A program made the position numbers and the translations under genes. The notes under the pieces were generated by a model that saw only the letters and a list, made by a program, of their open reading frames with translations, was not told the DNA's origin and ran no database searches. A stretch of 64,000 nt of DNA, from the NCBI GenBank assembly GCA_965235115.1, contig OZ249441.1, positions 7,750,001-7,814,000 on the forward strand, given 5' to 3'. The DNA is from Laetmonice hystrix (taxonomy: Eukaryota). Below are positions 42,120 through 54,242 of the stretch, piece after piece (the first letter of the stretch is position 1; each line of letters opens with the position of its first letter).

Positions 42120-43640
42120 GAGAGCAGTCAGTAACTGTGACTGTCTGTCCAGCCGTCGAGATGTAAGACAGCAGTCAGTAACTGTGACTGTCTGTCCAGC
42201 CGTCGTGATGTGAAGACAGCAGTCAGTAACTGTGACTGTCTGTCCAGCCGTCATGATGTGAAGACAGCAGTCAGTAACTGTGACAGCAGTCAGTAACTGT
42301 GACTGTCTGTCCAGCCGTCATGGTGTGAAGACAGTAGTCAGTAACTGTGACTGTCTGTCCAGCCGTCGGGATGTGAAGACAGCAGTCAGTAACTGTGACA
42401 GCAGTCAGTAACTGTGACTGTCTGTCCAGCCGTCATGGTGTGAAGACAGTAGTCAGTAACTGTGACTGTCTGTCCAGCCGTCGGGATGTGAAGACAGCAG
42501 TCAGTAACTGTGACAGCAGTCAGTAACTGTGACTGTCTGTCCAGCCGTCGGGATGTGAAGACAGCAGTCAGTAACTGTGACAGCAGTCAGTAACTGTGAC
42601 TGTCTGTCCAGCCGTCATGGTGTGAAGACAGTAGTCAGTAACTGTGACTGTCTGTCCAGCCGTCGGGATGTGAAGACAGCAGTCAGTAACTGTGACTGTC
42701 TGTCCAGCCGTCGTGATGTGAAGACAGCAGTCAGTAACTGTGACTGTCTGTCCAGCCGTCGGGATGTGAAGACAGCAGTCAGTAACTGTGACAGCAGTCA
42801 GTAACTGTGACTGTCTGTCCAGCCGTCATGGTGTGAAGACAGCAGTCAGTAACTGTGACTGTCTGTCCAGCCGTCGGGATGTGAAGACAGCAGTCAGTAA
42901 CTGTGACTGTCTGTCCAGCCGTCGTGATGTGAAGACAGCAGTCAGTAACTGTGACAGCAGTCAGTAACTGTGACTGTCTGTCCAGCCGTCATGGTGTGAA
43001 GACAGCAGTCAGTAACTGTGACTGTCTGTCCAGCCGTCGTGATGTGAAGACAGCAGTCAGTAACTGTGACAGCAGTCAGTAACTGTGACTGTCTGTCCAG
43101 CCGTCGTGATGTGAAGACAGCAGTCAGTAACTGTGACAGCAGTCAGTAACTGTGACTGTCTGTCCAGCCGTCGTGATGTGAAGACAGTAGTCAGTAACTG
43201 TGACTGCCTGTCCAGTCGTCGGGATGTAAGACAGCAGTCAGTAACTGTGACAGCAGTCAGTAACTGTGACAGCAGTCAGTAACTGTGACTGTCTGTCCAG
43301 CCGTCATGGTGTGAAGACAGCAGTCAGTAACTGTGACTGTCTGTCCAGCCGTCGGGATGTGAAGACAGCAGTCAGTAACTGTGACAGCAGTCAGTAACTG
43401 TGACTGTCTGTCCACCCGTCATGATGTGAAGACAGCAGTCAGTAACTGTGACTGTCTGTCCAGCCGTCGTGATGTGACAGCCGTCAGTAACTGTGACAGC
43501 AGTCAGTAACTGTGACTGTCTGTCCAGCCGTCGTGATGTGAAGACAGCAGTCAGTAACTGTGACAGCAGTCAGTAACTGTGACTGTCTGTCCAGCCGTCG
43601 TGATGTGAAGACAGTAGTCAGTAACTGTGACTGCCTGTCC
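42120..43640. repeat. 48-bp array with an optional nested 19-bp subunit
   Basis: GTGAAGACAGCAGTCAGTAACTGTGACTGTCTGTCCAGCCGTCGGGAT, plus extra ACAGCAGTCAGTAACTGTG. Confidence 0.96.
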
Positions 43641-44879
43641 ATGTTTTGTTGGTGGCCGGTACATGTACACACAACCCGCCACCCCGCTTTACCTGAGCCC
43701 GGTGAGCGACAGCGCCGATAAGCCACAGACACAATTTGGGTTTGTTCAGTTTCTTCCAGAAACTAAACCAATAAAAACAGCCATTCATTGGCCCCAAACA
43801 GGGCCGCACCCGGGGCAGCGGGGCCCTGTCAACACAGAGGGCTTCACCTCACCCCCCAATGTAACGACATGGTCCTCTGACACATACTCCCTCCTCCACC
43901 CCGTCCTCCGCGCCATACAAGCCTCTGTAAAGACCTCTATACTCTCACCCCTCATCCCCCACCCCAGTCCGGCCCCAGTTCTCACAGTGCACACGGTTCG
44001 CCGGGTGCAGCCCGCTATATGCACTATTATGATATAAAATGTGTACATGGCGAACGTTTATGAATGGCTTTACAACAGTAATATAAGACAGTCAACACGC
44101 CGGCCGCGGCTGCTATTGTACCTAAATCGGCGTAAAGGCCGGGCAGACACTTGCCGGCTTTACCCGCTACCTGTTTGTCTGCGTGCACATCCTGGCCTGC
44201 GTATATCCACTATAATAGAGACATTCCGCCAGCTTTTTGTGCGGAGAATAGTCGACGAAAGAAGGCACACTGTGTGCAAAGTTGGCTTAAATCTTGAACG
44301 GACAGGACTTGAAGGAAGGCCAATATTGGTGTATGGGTGTTTCTCGGTGCAAGGCAGGACCTGCATGGTCTGTTCTATACGGGCGGGGGTGGGGTGGTGA
44401 TGGGGTGTGGGGGTGGGGTGATGTCTATACGGGTAAACGAGTTTATATATACATACGTATCTATCCACCTTTCATAGAGTGTACATTGATAATCTTGACG
44501 AAAAATTTAATAAAATATCATCCTGGTATACTTCAAAGAGAAGGAGAAAGCAAAATGGCAGACAAACAACTAGGAGAGACATGAGATATCAAGAGAGCAA
44601 CAGAGAAAGTGAGAGACATAGTCCTAGAATGATGATCCCTGTTGGTATATTCCACGGAACATTATAGCATGACCAAAGGCGATCCTTCCGCCCTAAAATC
44701 CTGAAACATGTAGACGAAGAACTCTATAGATCGATATATTTATAACCTCTGCCTCCTGACTGATATTATACTCTCCTCCATGTCCACGCGATACCTTACT
44801 GCACAAAGTGTCAGCCCAGTGTCTACCATACAGAGTCCTACCCCATCATCCCCGTGGACCTCCGGAGTCAAGGCTCTAC

Positions 44880-44985
44880 CTCAGGACTCGGCACCAGCAT
44901 CCACCTCAGGACTCGGCACTGCAGCCTCCACCTCAGGACTCGGCACCAGCATCCACCTCAGGACTCGGCACCAGCATCCACCTGT
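44880..44985. repeat. 25-bp repeat x4
   Basis: CACCTCAGGACTCGGCACCAGCATC. Confidence 0.9.
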
Positions 44986-45469
44986 GCTTGTGTCGAAATC
45001 TAAGGCCAATTACACCCAACTGCCAGACTATTTTCTGCTCAGCTACACTGCATCGTTCATGCGACTCGAGTCTTGCATTTTCAATTAAGCCTCCGGACGG
45101 CCCTGAAACTAAATCTAGATTGATTCTCCCTGCACGGCGTACAGCAGAGCCTGATGGTCGGCGGACAGGAAGGCCCGATCGGCCGACTTCAGGACTGGCG
45201 ATAAATCCACACAGTTTCTTCATATTTCACGTCCGCATCCGGTATTCTCGTCTTGGTGACGTTCTGACGGACGTTCCGTGACGTATGACGGACGCAGCTG
45301 ACGGCGTTTATAAAATATATACATATAAACTCACACAATGATATGTAAACAAGGGGATCCGTGGATATACGTGCGCGTATAGCAAATGGTTTATAGAGTA
45401 AAGTCAAGAACTGAGGACGCCTCTATCCTTCCAGTAATACGTATACTCTGTTCTTCCGTCATCTCGCCT

Positions 45470-45865
45470 GTTGATACCATGATAGGTTAGAGGTTGATAC
45501 CAGGCCTATAGGTTGATACCATGATAGGTTAGAGGTTGATACCAGGCCTATATAGGTTGATACCATGATAGGTTAGAGGTGGATACCAGGCCTATATAGG
45601 TTGATACCATGATAGGTTAGAGGTTGATACCAGGCTTATAGGTTGATACCATGATAGGTTAGATGTTGATACCAGGCCTATAGGTTGATATCATGATATG
45701 TTAGAGGTTGATACCAGGCTTATAGGTTGATACCATGATATGTTAGAGGTTGATACCAGGCCTATAGGTTGATATCATGATATGTTATAGGTTAATACCA
45801 GGCCTATATAGGTTCATACCATGATAGGTTATAGGTTAATACCAGGCCTATATAGGTTGATACCC
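45470..45865. repeat. ~42-bp tandem array x~9
   Basis: GTTGATACCATGATAGGTTAGAGGTTGATACCAGGCCTATAG. Confidence 0.93.
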
Positions 45866-46004
45866 TGCATTATAGCACTGTGGCACGTTCTGATACATTA
45901 TCATATACTACATTGTACATTAATGACGGAGAAATACAGTGAATTATTGGAATCGGTTGAAGCGAAAGATGTACAAAACTCATTGTACAACTAACGCAGC
46001 TTGG

Positions 46005-46390
46005 AGTAAGCGTCCTGGAGGCCTCCTGCATGGCGCCTATAGTGGAGGCTGTATTAAGCGTCCTGGTGGTATCCTTCATGGCGCCAAGATTGGAGGCTGT
46101 ATTAAGCGTCCTGGAGGCCTCCTACATGACGCCTATAGTGGAGGCTGTATTAAGCGTCCTGGAGGCCTCCTACATGACGCCTATAGTGGAGGCTGTATTA
46201 AGCGTCCTGGAGGCCTCCTGCATGGCGCCTATAGTGGAGGCTGTATTAAGCGTCCTGGAGGCCTCCTACATGGTGCCTATAGTGGAGGCTGTATTAAGCG
46301 TCCTGGAGGCCTCCTACATGACGCCTATAGTGGAGGCTGTAGCAAGCGTCCTGGAGGCCTCCTGCATGGCGCCTATAATAGAGGCTGCAT
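46005..46390. repeat. 48-bp tandem array x8
   Basis: ATTAAGCGTCCTGGAGGCCTCCTACATGACGCCTATAGTGGAGGCTGT; explains the 16-aa-periodic ORFs. Confidence 0.94.
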
Positions 46391-49231
46391 GGAGCAGTAG
46401 TTATGACAAGCCTGTCGGTGAGAAAATTAATGAAACCTTTTGACCCCTGTGGTTATCTGTGGAGGCCAGTGGTCACGTGACTAGGCCCCGGATCAGACAG
46501 TTATAGAACCAGCGAGACGAGCCGAACCGCTAAATCTCCGCTTACAAAAGCCAAGACCAAATTGGTCGATAGAAGGAACATGCCAAAATATAGGGCCGCC
46601 GACGTCATACTTCATGAGAAATGAGTATATAGGACTGGAATCAAGGTATTTGAGGCCCTGTGTGCGGCAAAGATAAGCGCAACCAATTTGGTGGCCGAAC
46701 GTGACAGATCTCCTGTCGGGACCGAGGCTTTCACAGGTCGGGGCGCCCCTAGCGGATTTTTGTAGAAATGTGGTGGAATGATGAGGGGTTCAGTGGCTTT
46801 GTGCCCCCTCCCCCGTTATCATGCACCCCCTCGCTGTGTAATTAACGCAAACTTATTATATTCCACGGCAGCCCATTTGTCACTTTAAGCTTTATTCTAT
46901 ACTACTATGTGAGAAGTACTTAGCACATAGTTTTCCAATATAGGATAACCTGAGTAATGGAGTCAAAGACAACACTTTGAGCCATGAGGTATAGGCCTAC
47001 GCAAGTCTCCCTGCCCCGAGATGTGGTAATTTTATGGTCGTATATAATATCAGCCTGTATATCTCCTGATGACGGATTGCCCTTTTCTTTGGCTTTCATC
47101 TTCATGTCCACAACCACTTAACATCTTCTTGTTCTCCATCTCGTGGTTTTAGCGAATTACCTATTTGTCATTTCCGGCGCGGACATATGAAAGGTTCCCG
47201 GATGGTACTGGTGGCTCCACCTGTTAGCAATGTTTGCCTGGCACGAGAGCGTCCGTGACATGGCGAGACGCTGTAGCTCGTTGTCATCCCTCATTAGTGA
47301 AGGCGACTCACAATGGGTAACGGCAACTACCTACCGGCTTTTGTCATTCAAGAATAGTCATTAATTCGTTCAAGTGTCCATGCAGTCTTTCATCAGGGCT
47401 AAAAAGAGACAACGAGGTTCACAAAGCGGCGAGTCGCGGGGCTGGGCAGCGATCAAAGCTCAGACAGCGTCCCTCATGGGTCCAGAGTCCGCCCACTGCG
47501 CAGACTCACGTCATCATTACCCGCCATGCTCTGCGCCCGACTCTGAAGGAGGAGGTGAAAGCAGGCACCGGGTTCTCCACCAGCTCAACGACCAGCAAAT
47601 AATGATCGAGCACCGAGAATAAAATGCTTTTCAAAACGCACCGCATTCAATCTTTTTGGCCATTGGAGGGGAAGGTTCAACTATCATTCCTTAGTACAGA
47701 GGAGCTGACAAATTAAGCACGTGCACCGCGTGTCCTAAAGGCGGGCTGCTTGCTCCCCTGATGTCGTGTAGAATATGAACATTTCCCTCGTGATTGGGGT
47801 CAACTAGAAGTCGAAAGAAGAGAAGAGAATTCCGGAGAGTCCATTAGATTATTTCACCTAACACCTTAATGAGGCGTTGTAATTTGTCTTGCTATTCACA
47901 CAAATTACATTATTCTCAGCACTGTGCGGTCTGCGATCAGAACAGGCATTCTCTCTATACGTATAGGCCTACCCTATATACCAACAACGCTCTCATAATA
48001 ATGCCTTCCTATCTATACACATGATGAGTGCATGCATATATCGAACCTGTTTATTTAAGTTTAAATAGAAGCATCTCTATAAATTTATGTATTATAGTTT
48101 TATAAATAGGGACCCAATATATACGTATAAAACATACATAACAGCAGATATAAGTGCTATACATAATGTATATTTTGTAATGGACACACAGTTGTATTGT
48201 TGTACACCATGTGTGTACGTTAGAAACGCCATTCTACATTACAAGCTGACAAAATATTGAAGCTAATTCACAAATTTGCATTCTCATGTTCCACACTTTC
48301 TGCATGTGATTATATACAAAGATACCAGAATGACGGGGTGTAGGCAACATATTTCTATAACCCTATAATGTTTCATGTGATGCTCCCAGAGATATAATGC
48401 CAAGTGTACATGTGGCCCATATCCACATAGATTAAACGGATAAAGGGACCGAAACTGAAGAGTATGGAGACAGATCGACCAAGGTGCGCCGCCGACTGCA
48501 GACACCGGGCCCGGCGGGGGTTTGCCGGGAGAGGGGCGCGAACACTCGCTCGACACCCCGACTGTATCCCCGGGCTATGGGCCGCATACACCGGTCTCTG
48601 ATCAAAGTGTCCGCCGGGCCCCGGCAGTCGGTGGTCGTCGTGCCGGCAGACACAGACCCACAAAACCCCGCCTGACACGCCCAATTGCCCGTCTTTCCCG
48701 TCTGAGTAACTTCATTTACACAGCCACGGAACCCGGGGGCCATGCGGGGTGTTAGAGTCGTCCCGCCGGGACTGGAGGAGGGGGGGGGGGTCGGTAAGGG
48801 ATCCTATAACGGAGGAAAACCGGTGGATCTGCTGGAACGACGGGAATTCACGCTGTCTGTAACCCACGTGTAGGGTGGGGGGGGGGGGGTCGAACTGCCC
48901 TCATACCCTCCACCCTCCACCCATGCAACCGTCTAGGGTAACACCCCTTGCTTCAATATGTTATATACGTCATCCAATATATCCAGCATTCTGTCCTAGT
49001 TCTAAGTACACTGCAGCAGCCAATAGGCCTCTATACTGCATGCGTATACCTATACAGTCCGCATTAAATTGTTTTAGAGTATATTTATACAAGTACAATT
49101 TTAAAAGAAACCTTGTTTATGTTCAAAGGAAGTGTCTGCCTTGAGTATCTCTACTGCCGTGTATCATGGGGAACACTTGCAATATATCTAAATATTTTAT
49201 TACAAATACATGTAATATTATATCGGATGAT

Positions 49232-49614
49232 CATTAAAAAAACTTGTCGAACTATGATGTTAAATATTTCAAACCCCCTGTCACAAGCTTCCGAGGAGTA
49301 AAAACCTCGATGTTTTTAACATCTGCTGAAATTTGGTGATATTTGTGAAATGAGATCAAAGAATTTAAAATTGTGTGTCAGAAATTGTTGTTCCAGACTC
49401 AGTTATAATAACGTCCTATAAATGGTTTGACCATGCAGGGTGGAAAACTTTACGTGCACACTTTTGGTCTCATGTCAGGACTATTGGAGATATCAACCTG
49501 AAACCTTCAACAGATGTTAACAATATCTAGGTGTTTACTTCTGTCTACTTTCTCAGAATCTTGTGACAGGGTTTTGAAATATCTAACGTCCTATTCGACA
49601 AGTTTTTTTATGCC
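49232..49614. mobile_element. MITE-like element, diverged copy B of the same family
   Basis: Ends CATTAAAAAAACTTGTCGAACTA ... TATTCGACAAGTTTTTTTATG. Shares internal words with copy A in the same order (TTGTTGTTCCRGACT, TGGTCTCATGT, GATATCAACYTGAA, TCTCAGAAKCTTGTGAC). Confidence 0.65.
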
Positions 49615-51514
49615 TGGACATTTTAACCAATGAATGTACCCAAGGGCACGCCTACTCGTCTATAGTTGAATATTCTGTCTCACTGCATAGGTTGTCTATA
49701 GTTGTTCTGACCGGTTGGGCCTATACACTAGATCATTATACACAGGTTGTATGTAGAGTTCGGGTTTATCGACCAATTGATTGGGTTTGAACTAATCCCA
49801 ACTCGTCATGGGTAGTCAGCATCTATTGGCTGCAGGATTACCATCAGGTCACCCCAATACAAACCCATCAATGTAAGAACGTAATGACAAACCCTGCGTG
49901 TTGTTCAGTTTATGTAACAACTCCAACAATGTAATTAACCAACTCTGCATATGTACACAGTATACTCTATAATATAGGCCTTCTATAACATTGGGGGTAT
50001 ATCCATGATATATTGTTCAGTTATTCATGCTTTAAATTGTAAGATATACCAATTCCAAATATTTATGCAGGTGCCAATATAATGCACATGCAGAGGTCTA
50101 AAACATGTGCACATCATAAAAAACATCTCCGTTTTCATCAAACATCAGTAGTAGCTTTCCATGAATGTGTATGTATGGCCTATGTATTTATTTTGTATTA
50201 TCAACAGGGCCACTACCCTGTATAAATATGTTGTTACTAAATAAAATATAGATATAGATACATGTATGAGGCTTGACATTACAGGGGTAATACAATTAGA
50301 TTTGATGTTGAAGATTTCTTGAGACATGAATGAACTTAATGAGTGATATAAAACATTTAAACATGTTACACTTATAGTTTATGTCAGTCAAGGTCATTTA
50401 TACCTTCCAGAGGTCACCGGGGTGATCTTATATATCTGAGACGTTATGGGTATACTGTGACCCGCGACCTGTGACTGTGACCCGTGACTGTGACTCGAGA
50501 CCCGTCACGGCACGGTCACTCTTACGTAAGACGTCACACTCGGGGGTTCGGACCCTCATCTCCGACAACAAACATTCACAACCCCTCGGGGGTATAACCC
50601 CGTCACAGGGGTTGCACAGAATCCCAGGGGTGTTAGGCGTTCAATATTAAGTTAACTTAAACTCTTCAGATTTGAACGCGATCAGTGTCTGAAAGCAGCA
50701 AGTGTTTGACTTGGCTTCTAGTGTTTGACCCTGAGCCTTGGCTGGTCATCGACAGACCAGTGCTTCACCTTGGTCAGTCGTAGACGGAGCTGACTCGACA
50801 ACAGAAGTCCGTCAAGGCTGACGCTAAAACTGCTATAGTTATATAACAAACCCCTGTAATGGTATCGTACATATATGTAGGTATCGATATGATATGAGAA
50901 AGAAAGACTATATAGCATGCTAGTGTGATTTCCTGGGGGATGGGGCGATTTGCCTATATAGCTTTATTAGGTCTGTGTATCTATAGCTGTATACATAATT
51001 GCACATGCATGCAACAATACTGCATTATCATAATGCAGACGAACAGTTCCTATAAACGAAACCTATTCAACAGGTATTTTACATTTGCATGGTCCCATCA
51101 TGCTTACTATATTATATGCTTACAGTCGCAATTTGTAAAAATAATTAATGTATGATCATGGATGTATGGTAGACGGCCTGGTTGTCTCATTATCCATCCA
51201 TTAATCTCATTATCTGACATCCTGCGGCCTGTTTTTCTGTTCACAAAGATCACAAGCTCCAGTCAGCCAGTCTCACTTACATACGACGTTAATCGGTATT
51301 TTTAATTGACGACCTATCACCCTGCCTTGGAGGGAAAACTGTGTAATACTAGACGCCTTATCCCTAGTATACCCCCCGGCAGCCAGACCATCGGAATGTG
51401 GGGGGTTAACCTGACCACGCAGGGGGAGGGGTGACAGGGTTTAAAACACCCCCTCCTCCCTCAACCCCTCAATCAAATTTAAGACCTACGATTTTTCTCT
51501 AGACATTATCATCA

Positions 51515-51701
51515 GGGCCCGGTTGGTAAAATCTTAAGATCTTACTTAAGTTTAGGCTTAACGCTTCTTATTGGCTGCATGGTTAGGATTAACGCTTCTT
51601 ATTGGCTGCATGGTTAGGATTAACGCTTCTGATTGGCTGGTCTGCTTAGACCAGCCAATCAGAAACGTTAAGCCATCTTAAGATTTAAGGAAACCGGGCC
51701 C
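51515..51701. mobile_element. palindromic MITE-like element with internal duplications
   Basis: Ends GGGCCCGGTT..AAAATCTTAAGAT ... ATCTTAAGATTT..AAACCGGGCCC. Central perfect hairpin TCTGATTGGCTGGTCT-GCTT-AGACCAGCCAATCAGA. A 29-bp internal unit is repeated three times. No TSD seen. Confidence 0.55.
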
Positions 51702-51771
51702 AGGAGATGGATGTCGTCCGAATGTTCACACAGAGGGCGCTGCGGTCGGTGGTCCTCAGAAGACGCTGACC

Positions 51772-51882
51772 TGCCGGACAGCCGGCCGGACAGCCGGCCG
51801 GACAGACGACCGGACAGCCGGCCGGACGGACGGCCGGACAGACGACCGTACAGCCGACCGGACAGCCGACCGGACAGACGCC
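51772..51882. repeat. 12-bp GC-rich repeat x~9
   Basis: GCCGGACAGCCG / GCCGGACAGACG units. Confidence 0.88.
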
Positions 51883-53499
51883 CGACATGGCGTTCGATGC
51901 GTGCCGTCACGTAAACAAAGCGGCGTTTCTCCCGCTATTTTTGATTACGTCACGGAGAGAACGAACCAGCAAACATCACACGTGGTTCACGTGCCCACGT
52001 GGTTCACACCCACCCACGTGTACACGTCCGTATGATCACACGGTGTGTCATACCGAGGGCTCGCACAACCTCACCACACATATAAACGTGTATATCGACT
52101 GAGGGCAGACATGTTGTACACATGTATATATTAGAGTCACATTTATAGCCTGGGGTATAGACCGGCGTGTATAGAGTGTGTGCGTGGGCGGTAATTTGTC
52201 TGGAGACCGGTAAACTTGACAAGATTACTTTAGGTTAATTAGTCAGCCGAAAGATACAGCTTATTCATTCCGCATGTTGCTCAGTGCTCTGTGAGATTTA
52301 TTTTCCTAAAGCAGCACATTTTTTCAGGCCGGTTTACTGTGTATCCCATACATATAAATTACCTGTGTCCAGTTTTCCAGGCCGGTTTACTGTGTACCCC
52401 ATACATATAAATTACCTGTGTCCAGTTCCCTTTGAATGCCATGACCTATGAACTGTATCGGTATAGTGCAAAATAAAACCACCACACCGTGCACTTCTAA
52501 CGGCCGTGAGAACATATTGCCCCCCCCCCCTCCTCCTCCTCCTCCTCCCTGCATCGATCCTCGACATTTGTATAATAACTAATAATATCATAAGGATGTT
52601 TCATAATGTTGCCAAATATAATGATGAGTCCCCTCACCTCCCGAGGTTCGCACATTGTATAACGAATACGGGCGTGTTGAAATAACCGTCATGCACGCAG
52701 ATTATATCAATAAATATTCTCAAAACTATACGCTGGCCGTATAAATAACTTTGGACAAAACGGAACATTATAAGGGCTCGTACAGACATGATGTACAGAA
52801 TATCATTACGCGGGTAATTTTATAAACCTGACATTAATAATTATATTATAATTGGATATTAGCGCACATTATATAACGGGATATTATATATTGGTTCACC
52901 GCCTGTGTGCATGGGGACTTAACTATAAACAAAATATATACATATCGACCTCAAAGATAAACTGCAATAGCCTGACTTGAGAATACAAAACGTTTTATGT
53001 ACAATGTATGGACATACATTATGTATGAGATATGCGCGGACGTAACAAAAACATGACTGTTTGAAAACAGATTTCATAGTTTTCCGGATTAGACGCATCA
53101 ATTCGAAGATTAACATAAAAACATTAAATAAAAAAAGACGCTCTTTGACACTCAGTATACTAATGTGTTTTACATCAATAAATCAATACCACTAAGCTTT
53201 CTATGAACTTATTACGACGAACCCCGCGATTAAGGATCCATCTACAACATTAATTATACTTTTATGATCCTTATAAAATGAGGTATAATAGTTCCACCAT
53301 TCCACTCTTCACTCCCCCCCCCCCCCGCAAACCTACATGTATGCACGGATGTCTATACCGATTGCGGTGAACTGATCCCCTTATGTTACACCATAACATT
53401 ATACAACGGAACACAATCTTCTCCGCCTCATTATACATAAAAAAAACTTCCCGAGATCGACAAGTGCTCGAGAAGTCAGCTGCCATGAGTCATAATCGG

Positions 53500-54242
53500 A
53501 ACTCCTCAACTCCCCGCGCTCTCAGACTGGGTTTGAGGGTAACGTGCTGTCTATATACGGGAGAATCCTCAACTTCCCGCGCTCTCAGACTGGGGCTGAG
53601 GGTAACGTGTCTATATACGGGAGAATCAGACTGGGTTAGAGGGTAACGTGTCTATATACGGGAGAATCCTCAACTTCCCGAGCTCTCAGACTGGGGTTGA
53701 GGGTAATGTGTCTATATACGGGAGAATCCTCAACTTCCCGCGCTGTCAGACTGGGTTTGAGGGTAACGTGTCTATATACGGGAGAATCCTCAACTTCCCG
53801 CGCTCTCAGACTGGGGTTGAGGGTAACGTGTCTATATACGGGAGAATCAGACTGGGGTTGAGGGTAACGTGTCTATATACGGGAGAATCCTCAACATCCC
53901 GCGCTCTCAGACTGGGGTTGAGGGTAACGTGTCTATATACGGGAGAATCAGACTGGGGTTGAGGGTAACGTGTCTATATACGGGAGAATCCTCAACATCC
54001 CGCGCTCTCAGACTGGGTTAGAGGGTAATGTGTCTATATACGGGAGAATCAGACTGGGTTAGAGGGTAACGTGTCTATATACGGGAGAATCCTCAACTTC
54101 CCGCGCTCTCAGACTGGGTTTGAGGGTAACGTGTCTATATACGGGAGAATCCTCAACGTCCCGCGCTCTCAGACTGGGTTAGAGGGTAATGTGTCTATAT
54201 ACGGGAGAATCAGACTGGGTTTGAGGGTAACGTGTCTATATA
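53500..54242. repeat. alternating ~60/~41-bp array
   Basis: GAGGGTAACGTGTCTATATACGGGAGAATC(CTCAACTTCCCGCGCTCT)CAGACTGGGGTT. Confidence 0.94.

Noticed and set aside
45939-46443. Cys/Gly-repeat ORF resembling a structural protein
   Set aside because: 16-aa period from the 48-bp array; no signal peptide or splice context.
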